Assembly (NCBI GenBank): GCA_963750165.1
Contig: CAVVPN010000001.1
Coordinates: forward strand, 192,001-256,000
Length of the DNA stretch: 64,000 nucleotides
Source: an uncultured Gemmataceae bacterium
GTDB lineage: Bacteria > Planctomycetota > Planctomycetia > Gemmatales > Gemmataceae
Direction of reading: 5' to 3'
In this document: positions 11,214-22,672 of the stretch, piece after piece
Layout: each line of letters opens with the position of its first letter
Position numbering within the stretch: the stretch's first letter is position 1
Made by a program: the position numbers and the translations under genes
The notes under the pieces: generated by a model
What the model saw: the letters and a program-made list of their open reading frames with translations, nothing else
What the model was told of the DNA's origin: nothing
Database searches by the model: none

Positions 11214-14200
11214 ATGTCCGACACGCCGGATCGTCCTTCTGATTTGTCCCGCATCTTCGACGAGTTTCTCGTCAGGCGCCAGCGCGGCGAGTCGCCGAGC
11301 CTGGATGAGTACTGCCAGCGCTTCCCCGATCTCGCGGGGCAGCTGCGGCTGCATGTCGGACTCTACGACGCCCTGGACCCGGTCGGGCCGGCAAGGGACG
11401 ATCCCGCCTCCGGGCCTGGAGAGGATGCGCCTGGCGTCGCCCTGCTCTCGGGGCTGAAAACGGGCCCGCCGGACGACGCGCTCCCAGGGCCGCATACTGC
11501 CGGCCTGCCGCATGTCCCGGGCTACGAGGTGGAGACAGTGCTCGGTTGCGGTGGCATGGGCGTCGTCTACAAGGCCCGGCACCTGGCCCTCAAGCGCACC
11601 GTCGCTCTCAAGATGGTCGCGAGGGGCCATCCCCACCCTGCCGAGCAGGCACGCTTCCGGGCGGAGGCTGAAGCCGTCGCCCGACTACAGCATCCGAATA
11701 TCGTTCAGATTCACGAAATTGGCGAAGCGGACGGACGGCCGTTTTTCGCACTGGAATACGTCGCGGGCGGCTCGCTGGCCGAGCGGTTGGCTGGGCAGTT
11801 CATGCCTCCGTTGGCTGCGGCACGGTTGGTGGCGACGCTGGCTGAGGCCATGCACCTGGCCCACAGCCGCAACCTGGTTCACCGCGACCTGAAGCCCGCG
11901 AACGTGCTTCTGGTCGGCGGGGGCGACAGGCCGGTCGATCAGTGCCAGCCGAAAGTGACCGACTTCGGCCTGGTGCGGCAGCTGGACGCCGACTCCGGTC
12001 AGACCTGTGATGGCATGGTGCTGGGGACGCCCAGCTACATGGCGCCTGAGCAGGCCGAGGGTCGGGCTGGTTCCGCCGGTCCCGCCGCTGATGTGTATGC
12101 GTTAGGTGCCATCCTCTACGAATGCCTGACCGGGCGGCCACCCTTCAAGGGAGCGACAGCGCAGGAGACCCTGGAGCAGGTCCGTAGCCGAGAGCCTGCC
12201 CCCTTGACCTCCCTGAATCCGCAGACGCCGCGCGACCTGGAGACAATCTGCCTGAAATGCCTGCGGAAGGAACCTGAGCGGCGTTACGCCAGTGCCCGGG
12301 AATTGGCCGACGACCTGGGACGCTTCGTGCGCGGTGAGCCAGTGGCGGCGCGTCCGGTCGGGCGCCTGGAGAGAGTCGCCAAGTGGATACGCCGCAACCC
12401 GACGGTCGCCAGCCTCTCGGCCGTGGCGGCGCTGGCGCTCGTGGCAGGCACTGTCGTGTCCCTGGTGTTCGGCGTCGAGGCGAGCCGACAGGCGGATGAT
12501 GCACGCCAAAAGGCGGATGAACTGGGGCAGCAGACGATCCAACTCCAGGCCCAGACCCATGCGGCACAGGAGAACGCTCGGCTTGCCAAGGAGAACGAGA
12601 AAAAAATAGGCCAGGTGCTGGTGTCGGGGCTGTTGATCCCTATCGGCCGCAACCCGCACCAACTCACATTCCCCCTTGATGTCATCGAGGGGAGCGCCCT
12701 GCGCGAGCTCAGGGCGATTTCTCCCGAGCTTCGCGTGCAGTTCCTGGAGACAGCACTGCGTGACCGCGACAGGGCGCGGCGTGTCGGGCGCCGGGCGGAC
12801 TGGATTGTTCAGGCGATCGTCGGGGGCGACCGCGCCTTGCGCGGCAACGTGGCATCTCTGGTCGTCCGGCGTATTCAGGAGCCGGACGCGCCGCCGGAAG
12901 CGCGGTTCGCCTGTGCCCGCCTCGGAGTGGCAGTGAACGTCACGGATCGCGTGTGGGCGGAGCATGCAGCGGACGCACTCCTGGTTGTGCTGCGCGACCC
13001 GCAGACCGATAAAGCCGATTTCCCCTTGTTGGCCGAAGCGCTCGCTGCCGTGTGCGAACACCTGGCGCCCAATCAGGCCGCCGACCGTGCGGCGGCTGGG
13101 CTGGACATCTTCCTCGGACCGCTGCGAAACTCCCAGGGCAAGGTGGAGGACGACAAGGCACTCGGTCGAGCCATCGTGGCGATTAGCCCGCGGTTGGACA
13201 CGGCGACGGCAGCCCGTGCGGCCGAAACGCTGACGGGCCTCCTTTGCCACCCCAAGAGCGTCCCGTTCAAGTCGCCTCCCCTCGCCACCGCACTGGTTGC
13301 GGTCTGCCAGCGATTGCCCGCCGCGGATGCCGCCGCCCACATCAACCGGTCGGTGGATTTCCTCATCGCCGGGCGCAAGACCACAAAAGCAATCGAGAGA
13401 TCGAACTACATCTTCCTAACGATGGCCCTGGACCCGATGTGCGAAGGCCTTGATGCGCCCCGGGCGTCTCGCGTGGCTAACGCGATCGTCGCCATTCTCG
13501 GCGACCGTCAAATGGTCGGCGACTACAAGCTCGAATACATTCGTTCGGGCCACATCACCGTTCTCACCAAGGCGGCCAAGTGCCTGGATCCGCCCGGCGG
13601 CCTGCAAGCGGCCGAGGATTTGGTTCTCGTCCTGCGCAAGGCAAACAGCATCGTAATGACCAAGGACGAACTAAGAGCGGCTATGGTGACGCTGTGCGGG
13701 CGTTTGGATACGGCCGGCTCGGCGCGTGTGGCGGAAGCCATGACCGCTGCCGTTCGAGATCCGAAGACCACCATGCTGGCGCGTACCGTTTATGCCGATG
13801 CCTTTGCGGTAATTGCCGTCAAGCTCACGCCAGCGCAGGTTGCTTCGCTCGAAAGAACGCTGGTTGATTCACTGTTGGCCGACATGAACGATGCGAAGTC
13901 GCTGCCCTTCTCGGGACTTACGGTAAAAGCACTGGGGACGACCAGCGGCCGCCCCGGCGCGACAAGTGCCCCCCGCGTCGCCGAAGCCCTTGGCGCGGCC
14001 ATTAGCGATTCACTGACTCCGCTTTCAACCCTCGACACGCTAGCGGCGGCTCTCACGGAGGTCTGCGCCCAACTGCCGCCACGGGAAGCCTCGACTCGCG
14101 TGAACCGGACCCTGGACGTGCTAGAATCCCTCTGGAAAGCCAGGACGGCGCCCAGGGACCGGGCGTCGATCGCCGCGGCACAGATGGCCCTGTGGAAGCA

Positions 14201-14771
14201 CCTCGACCGTGCCGACGCCGATGCCCGGGCACTGCAGGCGGCGGCGTACCTCGTTGGCGCGCTGCGGGATCCCAAAACCCCAACACAGGATATCTTCGCC
14301 CTCGCACTCGCGCTGTCAGCCGTCTATGACCACATCGATCCTTCCGAGCGGTGCCGGCATGCAACCGCCGGCGCGGACGCCCTCGTCGCTGCGCTCCGAA
14401 ATGCCAAGAACGAAACGGTCTCATCCGTTCGCCTGTCGCAAGTGCTCGCCACGATATCGGTCCATCTGGACCAACCCGGCGTCGTCCGGATCGTCGACGC
14501 GATGATCGCCCTTATGGACGATCCCAGTGTTCAACCCAGCCCTTCGGGACTGGTTCCGTCGACGCGTTTGGACCGATTCGTGCCGTATGAGCCGCTGCTC
14601 AAGAAAGTTGCCGTTCGTCTCGACGAACGCGACCTTCAGCGGCTGCTGGCCCATCCGATCGCGGTAGGTGATCTGCAGCGCACCTTCCTTGACGCTTTGC
14701 CCGGAGCGCAGAAGCACTCCTTCCGAAACGCCTGGCACTACCTCGATTGGACCAAATCGAACGGAAACTGA
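11214..14771 (+). CDS. Hanks-type Ser/Thr kinase with TM segment and long helical-repeat C-terminus
   Basis: GCGGMGVVY, ALK, HRDLKPAN, DFG and GTPSYMAPE motifs; hydrophobic segment after RRNP; Ala/Leu-rich HEAT-like repeats. Confidence 0.92.
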   Translation: MSDTPDRPSDLSRIFDEFLVRRQRGESPSLDEYCQRFPDLAGQLRLHVGLYDALDPVGPARDDPASGPGEDAPGVALLSGLKTGPPDDALPGPHTAGLPHVPGYEVETVLGCGGMGVVYKARHLALKRTVALKMVARGHPHPAEQARFRAEAEAVARLQHPNIVQIHEIGEADGRPFFALEYVAGGSLAERLAGQFMPPLAAARLVATLAEAMHLAHSRNLVHRDLKPANVLLVGGGDRPVDQCQPKVTDFGLVRQLDADSGQTCDGMVLGTPSYMAPEQAEGRAGSAGPAADVYALGAILYECLTGRPPFKGATAQETLEQVRSREPAPLTSLNPQTPRDLETICLKCLRKEPERRYASARELADDLGRFVRGEPVAARPVGRLERVAKWIRRNPTVASLSAVAALALVAGTVVSLVFGVEASRQADDARQKADELGQQTIQLQAQTHAAQENARLAKENEKKIGQVLVSGLLIPIGRNPHQLTFPLDVIEGSALRELRAISPELRVQFLETALRDRDRARRVGRRADWIVQAIVGGDRALRGNVASLVVRRIQEPDAPPEARFACARLGVAVNVTDRVWAEHAADALLVVLRDPQTDKADFPLLAEALAAVCEHLAPNQAADRAAAGLDIFLGPLRNSQGKVEDDKALGRAIVAISPRLDTATAARAAETLTGLLCHPKSVPFKSPPLATALVAVCQRLPAADAAAHINRSVDFLIAGRKTTKAIERSNYIFLTMALDPMCEGLDAPRASRVANAIVAILGDRQMVGDYKLEYIRSGHITVLTKAAKCLDPPGGLQAAEDLVLVLRKANSIVMTKDELRAAMVTLCGRLDTAGSARVAEAMTAAVRDPKTTMLARTVYADAFAVIAVKLTPAQVASLERTLVDSLLADMNDAKSLPFSGLTVKALGTTSGRPGATSAPRVAEALGAAISDSLTPLSTLDTLAAALTEVCAQLPPREASTRVNRTLDVLESLWKARTAPRDRASIAAAQMALWKHLDRADADARALQAAAYLVGALRDPKTPTQDIFALALALSAVYDHIDPSERCRHATAGADALVAALRNAKNETVSSVRLSQVLATISVHLDQPGVVRIVDAMIALMDDPSVQPSPSGLVPSTRLDRFVPYEPLLKKVAVRLDERDLQRLLAHPIAVGDLQRTFLDALPGAQKHSFRNAWHYLDWTKSNGN

Positions 14772-14891
14772 ACCGACGCGCCGCTGCCGGGGTCGAACCG
14801 CTGACTTTCGGCAACAGTCGAGTAGCTTGTGATGATAATCTGTGGCATCACCATCCTGTTTCGAGTGTCGCCTTTTCCGGGGAGGATAGCC

Positions 14892-17500
14892 ATGTCCGAC
14901 ACGCCGGGCGATTTGTGCCGAAGTCCGGAATCTTCGGCGGAGGGCCCCGTGGCGTGGTTGTCCGCCCTGTGGCGACAGGGTCAGGAGCCTGACCTGAAGG
15001 AGTTCCTGGCCGGAGCCGGTCTGCTCAACGCCGCAGAACTGACGGACGTGCTCTGCACCGACCAGCGCCAGCGGTGGTTGTACGGCCAGCGCCCCGAGGT
15101 CGAGGCCTACCTCGCGCTCCACGGCTCCTTCCACCCCGGTGCGGAACCCGCCATTGACCTGGTCTTTGGCGAGTTTCTGGCGCGACGCGAGCTGGGCGAG
15201 TCCCCGACCCTGGACGAGTATTGCCGGCGCTTCCCGAAACTCGCGGGGCAGCTTCGTCTACACATCGATCTCTTCGACGCCCTGGGGTCGGTCGGGCAGG
15301 CAAGGGACGACCCCGCCTCCGGGTTTGGGGAGGATTCCTCCAAAGCCTCCCACGCGGCTCAAACGCCTGCCGTCGCTGCGGAAGGCGGGGGGCAGAGCAC
15401 GGATGTCGGAGAACGGTTGGCGGCCGGTCTCTCTCCCCTCTCTCGGTTTTCTCCTGCCGTTTTCCCGGAGTTGCCGGGCTACGAAATCCTGGGCGAGGCT
15501 GGCCGCGGTGGCATGGGCATCGTCTACAAGGCGCGCCAGCTCAGCTTGCAGCGTCTGGTAGCAATCAAGATGGTTCTTTTTGGGGGGGAGGGGACGAGCA
15601 GATCGCAGCACGATTTCACCAGGAGTTCCTCCTGGCTGGCCGGCTGGCCCACCCAAATCTGGTGGTGGCCTACGACGCGGGCGCAGTCACCGGGCTTCCC
15701 TACTTCGTCATGGAATTCGTCGATGTTGCCGGCCTTGACGGACTCGTGAGGCAGCGGGGGCCGTTACCCGTGGCGGAGGCTTGCGAGGTAGTTCGGCAGG
15801 CGGCCCTCGGGTTGCAGCACATCCATGAGCACGGCCTGGTCCACCGCGATGTCAAGCCGTCCAACCTGATGCTCACGCCCTCCGGTCAGGTGAAGCTGCT
15901 CGACCTGGGCCTGGCGCGGCTGGTGAACGAGCAGGGTCGGGAAGGACAGATCACCACGTCCGGGCAGTTCCTGGGCACTCTCGACTACATTGCCCCCGAA
16001 CAGTGCGACAACAGCCACGCGGTCGATATTCGCGCGGACATTTATAGTTTGGGCTGCACGCTGTACCACCTCCTGGAGGGAAGGCCGCCCTTCGCCGCCC
16101 CGGACTTTTCATCTCCTTATCAGAAGCTTAAGGCCCATGCCGAGGTATCGGCGCCGCCGATCCGCCAACGCCGGCTGGACGTCCCAGAGCAACTGGCAAC
16201 GGTCCTGGCGCGGATGCTGGCCAAGGATCGCGATGGCCGGTTCGCCACCCCCGCGGAAATCGTCGCGGCCTTGCATCCATTTGCAGCAGGCGCGGACCTC
16301 CCGAGTCTGTTTCGCACTGAAGGCGCGCGGCTTCCACCGATGGCCCTGACCGTTCGCACGAGCAGTCTGCCACTATCTGTGGGAGTGTTGCATTCATTCT
16401 CGGGGACGATGGTCCTCAGCGAGGGCCCCGTAGCCGATGCCACGCTCCTGGCAATCGAGGAAGTCAATCAGCGAGGGGGAATCCGGGGAAAGAAACTCGA
16501 GGCCTTCGTTTGCGATTGCCGGTCGGATGAGCCAACGTTTGCGCGCGAGGCCGAGCGGTTGATCACCCAGGAGAAGGTCTGCGCCCTGTTCGGTTGCTGG
16601 ACCTCCGCCAGCCGAAAGGCGCTCCTCCCCGTCCTCGAGCGACACGACCATCTACTTGTTTACCCGGTGCAGTACGAGGGCCTCGAACAATCCCCTAACG
16701 TCGTTTACACCGGCGCTACCCCCAATCAGCAGATGCACCCGGCCGTTCGCTGGGCCTTCGACTCCCTGGGTGCCCGCCGGTTCTTCCTCCTGGGATGGGA
16801 TTCCGTCTACTCGCACGCGGCGCACGCCGTTATTCGGGAGGAGCTCACGGCACTCGGCGGCCAGATCGCCGGGGAGGAGTACCTCCTGCCCGCGAGCCCC
16901 GAAGTCTCCGGGGTGGTACGGCGAATCCTCGAAACCCAGCCGGACGTGATCCTGAACACCGTGGTCGGCGATCGCAACATCCCGCTCTGCCGCACACTGC
17001 GAGCGGCCGGGGCGACGCCTGGCAAGCTGCCAACGATTTACTTCAGCGTGGGCGAGGTCGAACTGCGGCATTTCGCGGATCGGGAGATAGTCGGGGACTA
17101 CGCCGCCTGGAATTACTTTCAGAGCCTTGACCGGCCGCAGAACAAGAGGTTTGTCAGCCGCTTCCGACAGCGATACGGCCCGCAGCGTGTCCTCTCCGAC
17201 CCGATGGAAGCGGCCTATCTGGGGGTCCACCTCTGGGCGCAGGCTGCAGAGTCGGCGGGCGGCGGCGACGCACGTGCGATTCGGGAGGCCCTCCGGAACC
17301 AAAGTTTCGACGCGCCGGGGGGAGTCGTGCGGATCGATCCCGACAACCAGCACACCTGGAAGACCGCCCGGATTGGCCGGGTGGTCGATGGAGGGCAATT
17401 CGAGTCAATCTGGACTTCGGAGACCACAATACGACCGGTTCCTTTTCCCAACTCTCGGCCCGCCGCCGCGTGGCACGTCCTGCTGGCCGAACTTTTCTAG
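14892..17500 (+). CDS. Ser/Thr kinase fused to an UrtA/AmiC-type ligand-binding domain, frameshift at ~15590
   Basis: GRGGMGIVY, HRDVKPSN, DLG and YIAPE motifs, then VGVLHSFSGTM, FGCWTSASRK, YPVQYEGLE, AAWNYFQS. Confidence 0.88.
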
Positions 17501-17547
17501 AGATGGGACGGGAACTGGTCCAATCCTCATGCCGAAGGGATGTCGTT

Positions 17548-18389
17548 ATGAACCGCTTCGTGGGTAATCTCACTGAGATCTGGCGCTATCCCGTCAAGTC
17601 CATGCTCGGCGAGCAGATGAGCGAGTTGGCGATCGGAGTCGGTGGCGGAATCGGCGACCGCGCCTGGGCGCTCCGCGACCTTGAAAGCGGTCGGATCGCG
17701 AGCGCCAAGAAATACGCCCGGCTGCTCGAATTCCGCGCGACCTACGAAGTCGCACCGACCAATGATGGTCCCGGCCGCGTGCGGATCGAGGCCCCGGGTG
17801 GTCGGGTCATTTACCCCGACGAGGCCGGGGCGTCCGAGGAGATCTCCGCCGAGATCGGCAAGCCTTTGCGTCTGGAGCGCGCCCGAGCGCATCGTCGCGA
17901 AAAGACGGGGATCGACCCGGCCACGGTCTTCGGCGACGTGCCCGTCGAGAATCTGAAACCCGAATACACGGCCCAAACTCTCCCAGACTACTTCGAATTG
18001 ATGGAGGGCACGTTCTTCGAGGTGGCCGCGGTTCACGTGCTTGCGAGCGGCTCGGTCGAACACCTGCGCCAACTGCAACCGGGGGCAGCGATCGACCGGC
18101 GCCGCTTTCGGCCAAGCCTCTACATCGAGACCGGGGCCGAGTGGACTGGCTTCGTCGAAGACGAGTGGCTGGGGGCACTCTTGCGGTCGGTGCGACTTTG
18201 CGGATCGACAGCATGCAGCCCGCCCTCGGGTGCGTGACAACGACCCTGGCACAAGGTGACCTTCCCCGGGATCTCAGCGTGCTCCGGACCAGCGCGAGAC
18301 ACCATGGGGGCTGCGTGGGCGTCTTCGGCGCGGTCCAGGCCCCCGGTGGTTTGGTCCGAATTGGCGACTCCGTATCGCTGAGCAAGTAA
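17548..18389 (+). CDS. MOSC domain protein, frameshift at ~18175
   Basis: IWRYPVKSMLGE, GDRAWA and DRRRFRP motifs; C-terminal C..TT and CVGVFG...VRIGD in another frame. Confidence 0.85.
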
Positions 18390-18510
18390 AACGCGTGTGT
18401 ACGGAGTTTTTCAATTCCGTGTGCGGTCTACAGCCAAACGGCATTCAGGAAGGTGAAAAGCAACTCAGGGCAGATGTCCGGCAGCGCAGCCCAAACGAAG
18501 GGAGGCTGAG

Positions 18511-18894
18511 ATGAATGATCCGCAAATCCGCGCAGCCCTGGAACGACACTGGACCGCCTCCGCTGCGGGCAATCAGGACGCGGAACACGAGATCTATAAC
18601 GACGATGCGGTCCTCGAGTATCCACAGTCCGGGGAGCGGATCCGCGGACGGCACAACGTGCAAGCCCAACGCAGCCAGCATCCGGCCAGACCGTCGGGCT
18701 TTGTCGTCCGGCGGATCGTCGGTGGGGGTGACCTCTGGGTCACCGAGTTGGTGATCGCCTATGACGGGCGTCCCTTCAACACGGTGAGCATCATGGAGTT
18801 CCAGGCAGGCAAGGTAGTGCGCGAGACGCAGTACTTCGCAGAGCCGTTCGAGCCCCCGGCGTGGCGGGCGCGGTGGGTGGAACGGATGACGTGA
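18511..18894 (+). CDS. NTF2/SnoaL-like protein
   Basis: DAVLEYPQSGERIRGR...RETQYFAEPF; GGAGG RBS. Confidence 0.85.
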   Translation: MNDPQIRAALERHWTASAAGNQDAEHEIYNDDAVLEYPQSGERIRGRHNVQAQRSQHPARPSGFVVRRIVGGGDLWVTELVIAYDGRPFNTVSIMEFQAGKVVRETQYFAEPFEPPAWRARWVERMT

Positions 18895-18945
18895 GCCCCC
18901 CTTCGAGTACAAGTTGGACCAGTTTCGTAACCGGGTTGAACGTTC

Positions 18946-19080
18946 CAGCTGCTCGACGGATGTAGTGACCGGACGGCCAGTAAGCTGGGTATCAACACAC
19001 GCGCACTCCAGCATAAGATTCGCGAGTACGGGTTGGATGACCCCCTGCACCAGGCGCCTCGGTCGCGAGAAGTCCAGTGA
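18946..19080 (+). pseudogene. Remnant of a Fis-type HTH (C-terminus of a sigma54-activator-like regulator)
   Basis: Manual translation RTASKLGINTRALQHKIREYGL; no start or upstream domains. Confidence 0.55.
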
Positions 19081-19113
19081 TTTAGCACCTCGCCCGGTGG
19101 GGAGTAGTCAACT

Positions 19114-19710
19114 GTGAAAGACGCAATTTCAAGGAGGTCAAGATCGTCCTTCAAGAAACTCCCTCGGTCGTTTTTCCGGCGACCCGCGACGGGAGTGGCC
19201 CACGCGTTGATCGGAAAGATCCTCGTGCGCCATATTCACGGGAAGGCATTTCAGGCGCGTGTGGTGGAGACTGAAGCGTATCTCGGCCCTCACGATCTGG
19301 CATCGCACGCCTCCAAAGGGCGGACGCGGCGAACCGAAGTCTTGTTTGGCCCCGCAGGACGGGCCTACGTGTACTTGATCTACGGGATGTATGAGATGCT
19401 GAACGTCGTGGCCGGACGTGTGGGAGAAGCCCAAGCGGTCCTCATCCGCGCCGCCAAGCCGCTTAACGGTTGGAAGGCCGATCTCTCGGGGCCCGGTCGG
19501 CTTACTCGGGCATTTCAGATCACCCGCTCGGAGTACGGCCTGGACTTGACTGGAGACGAACTTTATTTCCTGGACGACCCAGCGTATCAGGCGCGGGTGG
19601 TTTCCGCGAAACGGGTCGGAATCGACTACGCCAGAGAATGGAAGGATGCTCCACTTCGCTTTCTCGATGCAGAGCACTTGGCGCGATTGTCTTGCAAAGG
19701 AACGGCATGA
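19114..19710 (+). CDS. mpg: DNA-3-methyladenine glycosylase (Mpg/AAG family)
   Basis: VETEAYLG.DLASHA, AYVYLIYGMY, AVLIRA, GPGRL and RVGI motifs. Confidence 0.93.
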   Translation: MKDAISRRSRSSFKKLPRSFFRRPATGVAHALIGKILVRHIHGKAFQARVVETEAYLGPHDLASHASKGRTRRTEVLFGPAGRAYVYLIYGMYEMLNVVAGRVGEAQAVLIRAAKPLNGWKADLSGPGRLTRAFQITRSEYGLDLTGDELYFLDDPAYQARVVSAKRVGIDYAREWKDAPLRFLDAEHLARLSCKGTA

Positions 19711-20123
19711 CAGAGAGACCTAATGATGTGCTGGCGCAGATCGGCCCGGACACCTCTTTGCACGGTCCTTCGTGCCGCAAGCATGATTATGTGGTAATCG
19801 GCAAGCAAAACGGACCCGCATCGGCGAGCAAAATGGACCCACCTGGGTTCAGGGGTTCACTGCCGAGAGCAGGGGTTGTGAACCAGCCCCCGGGCATTGC
19901 TCTTGTTCTGTCTGAGCGCGGTTGCTACCTTTCGGCCGCCGGGTGAAACGGAGTCGGGCTCTGCGGGGACGCAACCCGACAAGGGATAGCCCGGCCGATG
20001 GTGTGCCGATGGCACTGGGCCCCTCGCTCCACGTTGGTGGGCGAGCGGGCCGCCACCGTCATCGGACACCGGAGTTATGCCTCCCAAAATCCACCTCCCC
20101 ATCTCCGGCGGCTGCATGGTTGC

Positions 20124-20897
20124 TCACTCGCCCTTCCTGCTCTTCTTGCTTTTCATCGACTCCCGGAAGCGGAAGCTTTCGCCATTCATCTCGAAGATGT
20201 GGCAGCGGTGCGTCAGCCGGTCCAGCAGCGCCGCCGTCATGCGCTCCCCCTGGAATACCTGGCCCCAGTCGCTGAACGCCAGGTTGCTCGTCACCAACAG
20301 GCTCTTGCGCTCGTAGCGGTCGGCGAACACCTGGAACAGCAGCTCGGCGCCCACGCGACTGAACGACAGGTAACCCAGCTCATCGCAGATCAGCAGGTCG
20401 GTGCGGTCCAGCTGGGCCAGCACGCGGTCGAGCTGGTACTGCTTCTGCGCCTCCTCCAGGCGCGTCACCAGCGCCGCCGCCGTGCAGAAGCGCACGCGCT
20501 TGCACTGCCGACACGCGGCCAGGCCCAGGGCGATGGCGCAGTGCGTCTTGCCGGTGCCGGGGCTGCCGATGAGGCAGACGTTGGCCCGCTGCTCGATCCA
20601 CTCGCCGCGCGCCAGCTCCAGCACCTTGGGCTTGCTCAGGGCCGGCACGGCGGTGAAGTCGAAGGTGTCGAAGTCCTTGTGGACCGGGAAGTCGGCCTGG
20701 CGGATGCGTGCCTGCACGGCGTTGCTGGCGCGGGCCGCGACCTCCAGTTCCGTCAGGCGCAGCAGGTATTGCTCGTAGCCCTCATTGGCCTGGGCCGCCT
20801 CGCGGGCCAGCTTCTCGAACTCGGCGTGCATCGTGGGCAGCCGCAGTTGCTTGAGGTTGCTCTTGAGCAGCAGTTGGGTGTTGGCGTTCGCGGTCAT
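20124..20897 (-). CDS. istB: IS21 helper ATPase
   Basis: GSPGTGKT Walker A, DELGY, TSNL and LLDRLTH motifs. Confidence 0.95.
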   Translation of the reverse strand: MTANANTQLLLKSNLKQLRLPTMHAEFEKLAREAAQANEGYEQYLLRLTELEVAARASNAVQARIRQADFPVHKDFDTFDFTAVPALSKPKVLELARGEWIEQRANVCLIGSPGTGKTHCAIALGLAACRQCKRVRFCTAAALVTRLEEAQKQYQLDRVLAQLDRTDLLICDELGYLSFSRVGAELLFQVFADRYERKSLLVTSNLAFSDWGQVFQGERMTAALLDRLTHRCHIFEMNGESFRFRESMKSKKSRKGE

Positions 20898-22414
20898 TGT
20901 CCTCTTCTCCTCGGGTAAGTAGTTGGTCGAACCGGCCCAGGTCGGGCCGGGGGACCTGGTACTGACGTAGGGGTGTCACTGACGAGTGACAGTGGGCTGT
21001 CACTGTTTCCGCGGCCGGGCGTGCCTCGGCCAGCCGCGCCACCGCGGCGATGATGCGTTCGGCCTGCACGGGCTCTTGCAGCAGGCCCTGCTCCACGGCC
21101 TGTTGCACGCGCCCCAGCGGGTGGTCGGCCAGCAGTTGCAGCACGCGGATGTAGTGGCGCGCCCCGGCCCGCGCGCCGTGCCGCTTCTCCAGGGCCTCGC
21201 GCAGCGCGCGAACGACGCGGGCAAGACCCAGTCCTTCAGGACCGGGGCGTGATCCAGCGCCGCCGGCCGCCGCCCCAGCGCGGCCAGGTAGTGCAACGGG
21301 TCCAGCAGTTGCTCGTCCCGACCGTAACTGCGCGGGTGCCGCGCCACGACCCGGCCGCCGGCTACCACCTCGACGCGCTCGACGTAGCCCTTGACGGTCA
21401 CCGCCTGGTAGGCGCAGGTGCGCGGCACGCTGTAGCGGTTGTGGTCGAAGCGCACCGTCTGGTACTTGTCCACCTGGGCCGGCTGCGTGATGCAGGCGTC
21501 GAAGGGCCGGGGCGGCAGCGGCAGCGCCTCGGCCCGGTCGCGCCCGAAGCGCTGGCCGATGGAGTCGGCGCGGCCGGCCACGGTGCGGCTGGCCTCGCGC
21601 AGGCAGCGCTCGCGCAGGGTGAGGTTGAGCGCCGCCAGGTCGGCGACCTGCGGCACCGGCGTGGCCCACTGCCGTTGCAGCACGCGCACCCGGGTCTCGG
21701 CGTAGGGCTTCTCGTTGCCGCGCGCCGGCATGCAGAACAGCGGGTCGAAGGTGTAGTGGCTGGCCAGGGCGGCGTAGCGCTCGTTGGGCCGGCGCTCGCG
21801 GCCCCGGAAGATCTGGCGGACCACGGTGGTCGGGTTGTCCCACCAGACTTCGTGGGGCACACAGCCGAAGAAGGCGAAGGCTTCGACCAGGCCGGCCAGG
21901 ATGGCCTCGGTGCGCTCGGTGGGCATGGCCATCACGAACGGGTAGTTGGAGTAGGCCCAAGCGGTGACGAGCACGGGCACGAGGCGGCGACCGTCGGGAA
22001 AATCGACGTGGATGTGCCCGAAGTCACACTCCAGGCGCTGCCCGGGATCGTGTGCCAGTGGGATGAAGGTCTCGCGGCGGTCGCGGCGCTGTTGGCCGAC
22101 GTAGCGGCGGACCTGGTCGTATCCGCCCTGGTAGCCGTGCTCGGCGCCCAAACGGCGGAAGATCTGCATGGCGGTGTGGCGCTGCTTGGGAGGCGCTTCC
22201 TCATCGGCGGCGAGGATGGCGTCGATGGCAGCGCGAAAGGGGCCGAGGACGGGGGCCGCAGGGGGCCGGGTGCGCGTGTAGGGCCTGGGCTGGGCCTCGC
22301 GGAGGATCTGCCGCACCTTGCGCGCGAGTGGTGGAAGGTGCGGGCGATGTCTCGGATACTCATGCCGTCGCGGAAGGCGCGGCGAATCTGGCCGTAGTCG
22401 TCCACCGTCAGCAT
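20782..22414 (-). CDS. istA: IS21 transposase with frameshifts (~22320, ~21210); 3' end approximate
   Basis: N-terminal HTH, ECDFG, WWDN, GNEKPYAE and NRYSVP motifs over three frames. Confidence 0.88.
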
Positions 22415-22672
22415 CCTTGCCTCCGTTCTCCAAAAGCTCGGCTCTTCCGTTTTTAGGTGCGAAACACTGGATTTTCTGTGAACGGACGATCACGTGCCCC
22501 ACGATTTTTCCAGGGAAAATTGAGAATCGGGCCGATAACCCGCACCTAAAAACGGAAGAGCCAAAAGCTCCAGGTTGTGGAGCCTCCAGTAGAACGGCAG
22601 CGGCTGGGGTGGGTCCATTTTACTCGCCGATCTCGGGCTTACAGGTGGGTCCATTTTGCGCGCCGATAACCA

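Larger units (their letters stand above)
19792..22672 (-). mobile_element. IS21-family insertion sequence
   Basis: Ends TGGTAATCGGC / TGGTTATCGGC with tandem subterminal repeats ATCGGC..GCAAAATGGACCC; encodes istA and istB; no target duplication. Confidence 0.92.
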
